DNA from: a bacterium
GTDB lineage: Bacteria > UBA8248
Direction of reading: 5' to 3'
Assembly: GCA_965221165.1 (NCBI GenBank)
Contig: CBDCRP010000003.1
Span: forward strand, 707,735-771,734
DNA: 64,000 nt
Shown here: one piece after another, positions 55,935 to 64,000 of the stretch
How positions within the stretch are numbered: the stretch's first letter is position 1
Layout of the letters: each line of letters starts with the position of its first letter
The notes under the pieces: generated by a model
Database searches by the model: none
What the model was told of the DNA's origin: nothing
The model's input: only the letters and a program-made list of their open reading frames with translations
Translations under genes and position numbers: made by a program

Positions 55935-56687
55935 ATGAGCGAGCCGGAAGTCGTTTTCGTCGTCTGCGTTCTCTTCTTGGGAGGATTCGCCAAGGGGTCG
56001 ATCGGTTTCGGCACTCCGCTGGTGGCCGCGCCGCTTCTCGCGCTCTTTCTCGTCCCCCAAAACGTCGCCACCCTGCTTGCGTTCTCTCTCCTCGTCTCGA
56101 ACGTCGTCGACGCCTACCGCCTCCGTTCGGAGTGGCGCGCCATCAGGGAAATTTCGCTCTATCTCCCGTTCGCCCTGGCATTCGTACCGGTCGGGGTGTG
56201 GTTTCTCAGATTCGGAGACCCCGATTCGATCCGCCTCATCATGGGCCTCATGGCGTATACATACCTGCTCGTGGAGCGCCGCCTCGGCTCCTTCAAGGAA
56301 CTCGGCGCGGGGCTGCAAAAAATCGTGGCCGCCGTCATGGGCGCGACCCTCGGTTTCGTATACGGGACGACGACCATCAGCGGCGTCATCAGCACGATTT
56401 ACTTCAGCATGCTGAGACTGCCGAAAAACCCCTTCATCTTCTTGATGAACATCTTCAACGCGGCGGGCATGGCCGTCATGATCTTGAGCCTTTCACACCA
56501 GGGCATTTATACGAAGCCCCGCTTTATCGAAGGGCTGCTGGCGACCATCCCCGTGTGTATCGGATATCTGGTGGGCATCCGGGTTCGCGAGCGCATCGAC
56601 CAGGCGCTTTTCTTCAGGATCATCCGGATCGCCTTGTTCTTTATCGCCACGAGCCTGGTGGTCAAGTTCATCTTGGCGAAGATGTGA
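55935..56687 (+). CDS. TauE/SafE family sulfite-exporter-like membrane protein
   Basis: 250 aa with about 7-8 TM segments. The N-terminus LGGFAKGSIGFGTPLVAAPLL is typical of the family. Confidence 0.8.
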   Translation: MSEPEVVFVVCVLFLGGFAKGSIGFGTPLVAAPLLALFLVPQNVATLLAFSLLVSNVVDAYRLRSEWRAIREISLYLPFALAFVPVGVWFLRFGDPDSIRLIMGLMAYTYLLVERRLGSFKELGAGLQKIVAAVMGATLGFVYGTTTISGVISTIYFSMLRLPKNPFIFLMNIFNAAGMAVMILSLSHQGIYTKPRFIEGLLATIPVCIGYLVGIRVRERIDQALFFRIIRIALFFIATSLVVKFILAKM

Positions 56688-56765
56688 GGGTTCAGGGGCT
56701 TTTGTGAGGAAGGGGAAGGTCGTCGGGAAGATAAGCAAAGGCGAGGCTCACTCTCCCCTTGAGGG

Positions 56766-57568
56766 TCAGCCTCGACTGAGGAAGGAGAGGCTGCGCTTCC
56801 CGAGGGGGAAGCCCGACGCAGAAGCCGAGCGTTTTGAGCGAAGGCTGATGCGGTGGGGGGTCAAACCCGACCGATGAGGGGTTGTTGAAAAACCCCTTCT
56901 CGGTCGGAATTGACCGCCGTCATTCCGGTGTCAGTCCCGACTGAGGAAGGAGGGGCTGCGGAATCCATTGCCGAGCGGAATGACAATACTCCGGCTTTTC
57001 ATCTCCCCCTCATTGGCGGGAATCAATCAGAAAATAAAAAACAAAGGCAAAACACATGGATTCCGGCATGCGCCGGAATGACGAACAAAACCGCACCGCC
57101 TCGTAGGGACAGTCCCTCCTCGGGGCTGTCCCACAGGTCGCGACCTCGGACAGGCAAAGGGGCCTGTCCGCTACGGACCCCCCTCCCCGGTTGGTTCCAT
57201 ACGCCAAATCACTAAATCAGGACTTTTTCAACAACCCCGATGAGGCAGAGTTTGCAACCTGGGAGGCGATGTCGTTATCGTAGGGGCGGACCTGTGTGTC
57301 CGCCCCTACCAGCAACTCTCGTTTGTAGACAGGTTTTCGTTCGTCATTTCATGCCCATGCCTTCCCCGTCTGTGCGGGCCGCATATATGCGTGACGGACA
57401 TATATGTCCGACCTACAAAACCACCGCCGCCCAGGGTTTCGTCGTAGGTGGCTCTCCCTTCTTGGGAGCGCCACATACATGCGACCCGCCGTTTTTACGG
57501 GCGAGCACAGGGGCCAAGTCCCTACGGGGCTCCGTCAATTACCCCTCCCCACTCGGGTTTGACCCCCC
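56766..57568. repeat. gene-free mosaic of direct and nested inverted repeats
   Basis: A direct repeat of about 31 bp occurs at 56766 and 56931. Inverted repeats: GGGGGGTCAAACCCGA (56855..56870) with 57553..57568, and GGGGTTGTTGAAAAA (56878..56892) with 57224..57238. A 12-bp-stem palindrome lies at 57280..57309. Confidence 0.8.
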
Positions 57569-57627
57569 GCTGGCGCCCGGCTTTGCTCTCGCGATAGAAT
57601 CGGCCCGAAGCCGCCGGGAGGGAGATC

Positions 57628-58791
57628 ATGAGAACTTTATGGAAGAATGCAATACCGGGACCACGATTCAGGAACTATACGGCGGCCCTGCCCTGGCTCC
57701 TCGTTTTCTTGCTCCTGGCGTTCTGCGCCGCGCCGGGATGGGCGGCGCAGCGGCGGACGGCGACAGGCCCGGTTTCGGTCGAGGCGGTGGCATCGGGCCT
57801 CGATACGCCCTGGGGGCTGGCGTTCCTTCCGGGCGGAGCGTTTCTGGTCACCGAGCGCGACGGCGCGCTGTTCCACTTCGATTTCGCGGGCCGGAAGACC
57901 AAAGTCTCGGGCGTCCCGGAAGTCTATGCGTGGGGGCAGGGCGGGCTGATGGACGTCGTCGCCGCGCGGGATTTTCCATTAACCCGCGAGATTTTCCTCA
58001 CCTACTCGAAACGATACCGGCGCGGGGGAGGCACTGCGCTCGCCGTCGCCGCCCTTTCATCCGACAACCTGAAGTTAGAGAACCTGCGCGTCATTTTCGA
58101 AATGGCGTCTCCCTCCAGAGGGGGCCGGCATTTCGGCTCGCGGGTCGTGGAGGCGCCGGACGGAACCCTGTTCCTGACGCTCGGCGAGAGGGGAGACCGT
58201 GATGCGGCGCAGGACCTTTCTCTCCACCACGGCAAGATCGTTCGCATCCGGCGCGACGGGAGCACCCCCCCGGACAACCCGCTCGTCGGGCGGGCGGGGG
58301 CGCGGCCTGAAATCTGGTCCCGGGGTCACAGGAACCCCCAGGGCGCTGCGCTCGACGCGAGCGGCGCGCTCTGGGTCGTCGAGCACGGCGCGCGGGGCGG
58401 AGACGAGATCAACCGGGTCAGGAAGGGCCGGAACTACGGATGGCCGGTCATCTCCTACGGCCGCCACTATTCGGGCGCAAAAATCGGCGTAGGCGTCGCA
58501 AAAGAGGGCATGGAACAGCCGGATTTCTACTGGGACCCCTCGGTTGCGCCCTCGGGAATGGCCATCTATTCGGGGCGGCTTTGGCCGGAGTGGCGCGGGC
58601 AGTTTTTTGTCGGTTCCCTGAAATTCGACCATATCTCCCGGCTCGACCCCGCCGGCGGTTTTAGGGAAGTGGAGCGCCTGGCCTTCCCCGAGACCGGCCG
58701 CGTCCGCGACGTTCGCGAAGCGCCCGACGGCGCGCTCTGGTTCCTGTCCGAGGAGAGAGGAGCGGTTTACAGGATCAGGCCTTCTCAATAG
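57628..58791 (+). CDS. PQQ-dependent sugar dehydrogenase (soluble aldose dehydrogenase / YliI-like)
   Basis: Signal peptide, then GLDTPWGLAFLPGG, GGLMDV, GHRNPQG, and NYGWP. Confidence 0.9.
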   Translation: MRTLWKNAIPGPRFRNYTAALPWLLVFLLLAFCAAPGWAAQRRTATGPVSVEAVASGLDTPWGLAFLPGGAFLVTERDGALFHFDFAGRKTKVSGVPEVYAWGQGGLMDVVAARDFPLTREIFLTYSKRYRRGGGTALAVAALSSDNLKLENLRVIFEMASPSRGGRHFGSRVVEAPDGTLFLTLGERGDRDAAQDLSLHHGKIVRIRRDGSTPPDNPLVGRAGARPEIWSRGHRNPQGAALDASGALWVVEHGARGGDEINRVRKGRNYGWPVISYGRHYSGAKIGVGVAKEGMEQPDFYWDPSVAPSGMAIYSGRLWPEWRGQFFVGSLKFDHISRLDPAGGFREVERLAFPETGRVRDVREAPDGALWFLSEERGAVYRIRPSQ

Positions 58792-58825
58792 CGGTCGCCC
58801 TCGCCCCGAGGTACGCACAAGAAAG

Positions 58826-58857
58826 AAACCCCGCCCGGGCGAACCCGGACGGGGTTT
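58826..58857. terminator. bidirectional terminator hairpin between convergent genes
   Basis: AAACCCCGCCCGGG-cgaa-CCCGGACGGGGTTT, flanked by A/T-rich runs on both sides. Confidence 0.6.
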
Positions 58858-58889
58858 GATGCTTTCAGGCGGGGTGCCGGGCTGTAAGG

Positions 58890-60059
58890 CTAGCTGCCCT
58901 GCTTCGCCATGATCGCGCGGGTAATGTCGCCCTCCGGCGTCGACCCCTCCGGCGAGCCGTTCATGCCGGGGAACTTGAGGTGGTTCTTCACCGGGTCGAT
59001 GCCCGCCAGTCTCGCGAGCGTGCCGCCCAGGAAATCCGCCTTGTCTTGTTTTGTGATGGAGGGATATCCCCACTTCTCCTGTAATTCCTCGTCGATGTGG
59101 AGCTTCAGGATCGCCTCGACCGACTGATAGGGGTCCGAAGCCGGCCAGTCGCTGCCCCAGACGAAACGGCCGGGGCCTGCGATCTGCAGCGTCGTGCCGA
59201 CCATGTGCGCGAACCGGTGCGGCGCGCGCATGAGCCAGGGCAGAAGAATCGAATAGCTCACGTAAATGTTCGGGTGTTTCCAGAGCAGCATGACCAAGTC
59301 TTCCCAGTAGGGATAGCCACCGTGGTAGGCCACGATCTTGAGGTCGGGGAAGTCCGACGCCACCTCGTCCAGCAGAACCGGCAGGGTGTAGCGCGTGGGA
59401 CCCAGCCGGATGGTGATGCCGGTGTGGAAGAAAGCGACGATGCCCTTGTCCTGGCACATCTCATAGGCGGGCCAGAGCCTGCGGTCGTTGATGGGGCAAT
59501 CCTCCGGCTGATAGAACTTCGTGAACTTGAAGTTGTAGTTGTCGTGGAGGTATTCCATCTCCCAGAGGAAATCCTTGGTCTTGCGCTTGGAGAACGGCCC
59601 CACGTTCGAGACGCCGATGACGCGGTCGGGGTATTTCTCGATCGCGTCGATGACGTGCTGGTTCGTGGAGAACGGCGCGCTGTCTCCCGCCGTGTCGATG
59701 AAGGACTCACGCATGAGGGCTATCTGATCCACGCCCGAGCGATCCATGTCGCCGATGATCTTGTCGATGTTCCAGTCCATACCCGGGTGGATGGCCGACT
59801 GCCTGTTGTTCCTGTGGTCGATCCACTGCCACTGGTTGCACATCTTGTGCGCGTACTCGAAGGTTTTGGTGCCCTCGAAATACTTGATGAAACGCCGGTA
59901 ATCCTCAGGCATCACGTGCACTTCGCAATCGATGGTGTAATAGTCGTTCGCGTCCTCGCCCGTCTCGGGATTCGACGGCAAGGGCATCTTGGTGTCCCAG
60001 GTGGGGGGGACGAATTCGGCCTGTGCCGTTCCGTCCTGCGCTGTTGCGTCTGTAGTCAT
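58890..60059 (-). CDS. amidohydrolase family protein (amidohydrolase_2)
   Basis: 389 aa with VWGSDWP and the C-terminus ITKQDKADFLGGTLARLAGID, which parallels 32584..33606. Confidence 0.85.
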   Translation of the reverse strand: MTTDATAQDGTAQAEFVPPTWDTKMPLPSNPETGEDANDYYTIDCEVHVMPEDYRRFIKYFEGTKTFEYAHKMCNQWQWIDHRNNRQSAIHPGMDWNIDKIIGDMDRSGVDQIALMRESFIDTAGDSAPFSTNQHVIDAIEKYPDRVIGVSNVGPFSKRKTKDFLWEMEYLHDNYNFKFTKFYQPEDCPINDRRLWPAYEMCQDKGIVAFFHTGITIRLGPTRYTLPVLLDEVASDFPDLKIVAYHGGYPYWEDLVMLLWKHPNIYVSYSILLPWLMRAPHRFAHMVGTTLQIAGPGRFVWGSDWPASDPYQSVEAILKLHIDEELQEKWGYPSITKQDKADFLGGTLARLAGIDPVKNHLKFPGMNGSPEGSTPEGDITRAIMAKQGS

Positions 60060-60222
60060 TTTCTATTACCTCCAGAAGGGTCAAATGTAGGTGAAGGCGA
60101 TATCACGCGTTCCGCTCTATGATGACGAACACCATTTGCTCAGAAACAGAAGAAGCCCTATGTTAGAATGCTGAATAAATCGTGTAAAGCGGTGTCTCCA
60201 CCGAAAACGACGAGAGAATGCG

Positions 60223-62505
60223 ATGTCCGAAGCGCATAAGAAAACCTATACGCTCTGCTCCCCCCACTGCGGGAACAACCCATGCAGTTTCGAGGTCGAA
60301 ACGAGCGGAGGAGACATCACCTCGTTCCGGGCGAATCCCAGAATGCGCATCAAGCCCTGCATCAAGGGGTTCCAGTTGCCGGACAGGTATCATCACCCCG
60401 ACAGGCTCCTCTACCCGATGAAGCGCGTGGGCGAGAAGGGCTCGGGCCCAGGCGGCGCGAACCGCTTCGAGCGCGTGAGCTGGGACGAGGCGCTGGAACT
60501 GGTCGCCGGAGGGCTCGAGGCCGCCAAGGCGAAGGGCGGCAACGAATCGGTGATGATGTATCACTACTCCGCCCAGCACACCCTGCCCGGCGGACGCGAC
60601 GCGGAACCCGCCACCATCATGCGGCTTTTGAACATGTGGGGCGGCGCGGTGCAGCCCTACATGCGCGGCAGCCTCTGCTGGAAGGCCTTTCTCGGCGCGA
60701 GCGACGACGTATTCGGCCACTGGCAGGTGAGCAACAAGCCGAGCGATGATTGCGAGTGGATCGTCCTCTGGGGCAACAACCCGGTGGAGACGGGATACCG
60801 CGGCCTGCTCCAGTCCTTACAGAGAGCCAGGAAAAAAGGAACCCGCTTCATCGTGGTGGACCCGGTTCGCACGCGGACGGTGGAGCGTTTTGGTGAGATG
60901 CACGTGCCGATTCGCCCCTCGACGGACACCGCGCTGGCGCTGGCCGTGCTTCGCCTCATGCTCGCAGAAGGCGCGCCCGATGAGGCCTTCCTCGGGGAGA
61001 AGACCAACGCCGCGTTTCTCGTGGATACGGACACCGGCCGCTTCGTGCGGGATTCGGACGGCGCGCCGCTCGTCTGGGATGAAGCCTCCGCTTCGGCCAA
61101 GCCGTTCAACGCCTGCGAAAAGCCGGCCTTAAGCGGGACATTTCAGGTGAACGGAACCGGATGCAGGCCCGCGCTCGATTATCTGAGGGACGCCGCCGAA
61201 CCCTGGACGCCCGAGCGCGCGGCGCGCGAATGCGGCGTTTCAACCGAGCACGTACACGCCATCGCCCGGGCGATGCGGCGAGGCAAAGTCATCGTCTACT
61301 ACGGGTCTTACCAGCGCACCGTGCACGGGGAGCAGGCCGTTCGGGCGTTGCACATACTGAACCTGATGGCGGGCGCCTCGGGCGGCGTGTTGCGCCACGG
61401 GGCGCGGGAGGCGGGCTTTCCCTCGGACAGGGCGCATGGAACCGGCTTGGAGGAAGTGATGGCCGATCGCTGGGCCGTCCCCAATCCGGTCACGCGCACC
61501 ATCCCGACCGGACAGATCGGAGAAGCCATCCTGAACCCCGATTCCCACGGCGGCCCGGTGAACGCGGCGCTCGTGATGTGGGGCAACCCGGTCGGCCAGG
61601 CCGGAAACGCGCACAAGACCGAGCGCGCCCTGCGCTCTCTGGATTTCTGCGCGGTGGCGGACGTCTTCATGACGCCCACGGCGAAATGCGCGGACGTGGT
61701 GTTGCCCGCGTCGACCTGGCTCGAGCGCTGCGCGATCACCGAGGGAATGGAGACGGGCAGCACCTTTTATCACCTCGCTCACGAGTTGACGCCCAAGCAC
61801 ATCCTCCTCTATACGCCGGGCGTCATGCCGCCGCGCGGGGAGTCGCTCGATGACTTCGAGATCGTCTGCCGCCTGGCCGAAAAAATGGGCTACGGCGCGC
61901 ATTTCCCGTGGAAATCATCCAAAGAATGGGTGGAAGAGCTCCTGGCGGCGGCGCGGGCGGACGCGTGCTTTCCCTGGCTCAAGGATGTCACGATCGAAAG
62001 GCTCGAAGCCGAGGGGCAAATCACCGTGGACGTTCCCGACGCCGCCCCGGGCTGGGACCTCACCACCCCGCACGGACGCGCGCAGGTTTATTTCGAAGAG
62101 ATCCCGCAGCAAGTGCCCACGCATTTTCCGCCCGAAGAAGACTTGGGCCGCGAGGGGGCGGACTATCCGCTTCAACTCCTTACGCCGAAAACCTATTTCC
62201 GGGCGAGTTCGACCTTCAACAACGCGGCGAAGCTCCTGCGCCACGGCTGGAACGTCGCCACGCTCCATCCGGCGGACGCCGCCGCACGAGGGATTGCGAA
62301 CGGAGACGGCGTGCGTCTTAAAAACGGTTTTGGAGAATCGGTGTTCGAGGCCAAGGTGAGCGAGGGCATCAGGCCCGGGGTCGTGCACATACCTGCGGGC
62401 GGTTTGCCCGAGGACGGCGCGGCCAATCAACTCACCGGCGACGCCTTGTCCGAATACGAAAACGCCACGTTCAACAGCTACCACGTGGAGGTGGAGAAGC
62501 GCTGA
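60223..62505 (+). CDS. molybdopterin oxidoreductase (MopB/DMSO-reductase superfamily), cytoplasmic-looking, no partner subunits nearby
   Basis: 760 aa with the N-terminal Cys pattern C12-x3-C16-x4-C21-x24-C46. Typical internal blocks are present (VDPVRT, GNNPVET-like), as is the C-terminal molybdopterin dinucleotide-binding barrel (..GDGVRLKN..G). No Tat signal and no in-frame TGA. Confidence 0.85.
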   Translation: MSEAHKKTYTLCSPHCGNNPCSFEVETSGGDITSFRANPRMRIKPCIKGFQLPDRYHHPDRLLYPMKRVGEKGSGPGGANRFERVSWDEALELVAGGLEAAKAKGGNESVMMYHYSAQHTLPGGRDAEPATIMRLLNMWGGAVQPYMRGSLCWKAFLGASDDVFGHWQVSNKPSDDCEWIVLWGNNPVETGYRGLLQSLQRARKKGTRFIVVDPVRTRTVERFGEMHVPIRPSTDTALALAVLRLMLAEGAPDEAFLGEKTNAAFLVDTDTGRFVRDSDGAPLVWDEASASAKPFNACEKPALSGTFQVNGTGCRPALDYLRDAAEPWTPERAARECGVSTEHVHAIARAMRRGKVIVYYGSYQRTVHGEQAVRALHILNLMAGASGGVLRHGAREAGFPSDRAHGTGLEEVMADRWAVPNPVTRTIPTGQIGEAILNPDSHGGPVNAALVMWGNPVGQAGNAHKTERALRSLDFCAVADVFMTPTAKCADVVLPASTWLERCAITEGMETGSTFYHLAHELTPKHILLYTPGVMPPRGESLDDFEIVCRLAEKMGYGAHFPWKSSKEWVEELLAAARADACFPWLKDVTIERLEAEGQITVDVPDAAPGWDLTTPHGRAQVYFEEIPQQVPTHFPPEEDLGREGADYPLQLLTPKTYFRASSTFNNAAKLLRHGWNVATLHPADAAARGIANGDGVRLKNGFGESVFEAKVSEGIRPGVVHIPAGGLPEDGAANQLTGDALSEYENATFNSYHVEVEKR

Positions 62506-62545
62506 TTATCAGGGAGCGCATCCACCTCGCCCGACGATTTCATCC

Positions 62546-63370
62546 CTACTTCCACTCCCAGGCCTTGTGCTTGATGAGCACCACCTCTGTGGGGGGCGGC
62601 AGCGTCCTGCGGCTGAAGACGTAGGTGTCGCCCTCGATTCTCCTGACGCGCCTGAAAGCGCCGAGAAAGACGTTCAACTCCTCGAGGGATCGGACGTCCA
62701 TCGGAACCGCGACGTTGGGCCTGAGTCTTTGGACGAAATCCGCCATCACTCTGGGGTTCATGGCTCCCGGGTCCGAGATGATGGCCAGGGCCACGTGAAT
62801 CTTCCCCAGCCTTCGTAGCTGCTCGGGGTTCATCGGCGCGCCCAGATCTCCCAGATGGGCGATGCAAAGCCCGCCCGTCTCGAACAGAAAAGAAGAGGCC
62901 TTGGACTCGCCGGCGTCAAAATCCTCCCCGCCCCCGCCCTGCACGATGGGCACGTTGCGGATGCGCACGTCGCCTGTCCGGTAATCCACCTCGTTCCATT
63001 TTTCTCCATCGCCGAGCACGCCCCGCAAGACGACGGGGTTTCCGCCCAGAATCTCGACGGAGCTGTGGTTCATCGCCTCCTCGCTCGTGGTGGCCACGTG
63101 GGGTTTGGTCTTCGGGACGGGATAGCCCCGATGCGGGGAGAAGGGATCGGTCACGACCCGGATTCCCCCCGGTGAGACGATGCGGAAAAAAGCATGGCCG
63201 AACCACTGGATGCTGATCCGGCGCGGGGCTTTCACCATCCGGGCGTAGGATACGGGCACGGCCTTCCTGAAGGGCATGTAGCGAACCAGGCCGGGTGAGC
63301 ATTTGGCCGAAACGACGCCCGGCGCGGCCAGAAAACAGACGAGCACAGCGAAACAAAGCGCCTTTTTCAT
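62546..63370 (-). CDS. secreted MBL-fold (Lactamase_B_3-like) hydrolase, tentative
   Basis: Signal peptide (AAPGVVSA), then IQWFGHAFFRIVSPGGIRVVTDPF, resembling the UPF0173/metal-dependent hydrolase N-terminus. The assignment is weak. Confidence 0.55.
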   Translation of the reverse strand: MKKALCFAVLVCFLAAPGVVSAKCSPGLVRYMPFRKAVPVSYARMVKAPRRISIQWFGHAFFRIVSPGGIRVVTDPFSPHRGYPVPKTKPHVATTSEEAMNHSSVEILGGNPVVLRGVLGDGEKWNEVDYRTGDVRIRNVPIVQGGGGEDFDAGESKASSFLFETGGLCIAHLGDLGAPMNPEQLRRLGKIHVALAIISDPGAMNPRVMADFVQRLRPNVAVPMDVRSLEELNVFLGAFRRVRRIEGDTYVFSRRTLPPPTEVVLIKHKAWEWK

Positions 63371-63615
63371 CCAATACCCCCTATGGGTTGAGTGCGCCGA
63401 TGCTGGATCCCCGAGAAAATTCTATCCCCAAAAGGGGGACGGGGGAAGCGACGCGTTCTGGTCAGAGACAGGCGTTTCGGCAGGGAGAGCGGATGAGCCG
63501 GGGCAGGAATCCCCCCGTCAAAGTTTTTCAAAAGGCCCTCTTTATGACAGGATGAACCCGATTTTCCCGATAAACACAGGATGACACGTCGCTCATATCA
63601 TACGAAGGAGTCCCG

Positions 63616-64000
63616 ATGCCCATCATCGATTTGAGTCTCGCCCACTATGACGAAATGGACCCCGTTGCCGCCGCCGTAGGCAAGATGATGAATGCCGAAA
63701 CATCCGTGCGGCGTAAATTCTTCCCGCCCCAAAAAGAACCGGACGTCGTGTTCGTCGATAGCTGGCTTTCCATATTCGCGCACGCGGGCACGCATCTCGA
63801 TTGCCCGCGCCACATCTACCGCTGGGGAAAGACGACGGACGAGGTGGAACTCGACCGCTTCATGGGGCCCGCCTGTCTGCTCGATTTCTCATCCAAGGGG
63901 GCGGACGAACCCATCTCCGCCGAGGATTTAGAAGCGCATGCGGGACTCGTCCGGGAAAACGACATCGTTCTCTTGCGCACCGATTTTACGGACAAATTCT
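63616..64000 (+). CDS. cyclase family protein (kynurenine-formamidase-like), 5' part; runs off the window
   Basis: GAAGGAG lies 5 nt before the ATG at 63616. The frame is open to the window end. The HAGTHLDCPRH motif is the family metal-binding signature. This ORF is not in the track because it lacks a stop within the window. Confidence 0.8.
   Translation, partial: MPIIDLSLAHYDEMDPVAAAVGKMMNAETSVRRKFFPPQKEPDVVFVDSWLSIFAHAGTHLDCPRHIYRWGKTTDEVELDRFMGPACLLDFSSKGADEPISAEDLEAHAGLVRENDIVLLRTDFTDKF

Noticed and set aside
57240-59457. Long ORFs 57240..58202 (+, 320 aa) and 58075..59457 (-, 460 aa)
   Set aside because: The first runs through hairpin-repeat DNA and out of frame into the PQQ dehydrogenase gene. 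The second is antisense to the PQQ dehydrogenase and overlaps the amidohydrolase gene out of frame on the same strand. Both are Arg/Pro/Gly-rich and motif-free.
60223-62505. Selenocysteine in the MopB molybdoenzyme, as in formate dehydrogenases
   Set aside because: The 760-codon frame is uninterrupted, with no in-frame TGA.

Overview
This is a 64-kb, densely coding, high-GC bacterial chromosomal fragment; hand-counted 60-nt samples are mostly about 60-73% G+C. I cannot assign it to a named organism. I count about 65 protein genes and one tRNA-Asn(GTT). I recognised no rRNA, CRISPR array, transposase, integrase or phage genes. Most genes encode ordinary soluble redox or hydrolytic metabolism: SDRs, an acyl-CoA dehydrogenase, four alpha/beta hydrolases, an LLM monooxygenase with an FMN reductase, an OYE flavoenzyme, an isochorismatase, two amidohydrolases, a tandem M24 pair, an IlvD/Edd dehydratase, a PQQ sugar dehydrogenase and a MopB molybdoenzyme. 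Clear housekeeping loci are sdhCAB (b558 type), queC, tyrS, coaD, a moaB/mog-like gene and an Asp-type aminotransferase. Four observations stand out. (1) Two thioredoxin-fold genes carry an in-frame TGA exactly at the first residue of the CxxC-type redox motif, each followed by a hairpin at SECIS-like distance. These are candidate selenoproteins that the ORF track splits or truncates: a DipZ/TlpA-type redoxin at 12755..13288 and a DsbA-family protein at 9337..10020. The redoxin heads a translationally coupled operon with a b-type cytochrome, a small membrane protein and a Tat-signal lipoprotein of the sulfite-oxidase/MsrP fold. (2) A lower-GC block at roughly 41.4-53 kb holds an uncharacterised module of an AAA_5 ATPase, a 657-aa TraB/ChaN-like protein and a 111-aa protein, plus an orphan 71-aa/466-aa pair. 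The block is bracketed at 40.44 and 54.5 kb by inverted copies of an element built from helically phased A-tracts. (3) A low-GC islet next to tRNA-Asn carries a Zn-ribbon-DUF4145 gene, a bacterial L13e-domain protein with acidic repeats, and a PIN(DUF3368)/UPF0175 toxin-antitoxin pair. (4) A mosaic family of GC-rich hairpin repeats fills four intergenic regions. All family assignments come from motif recognition by eye; no database search was run.
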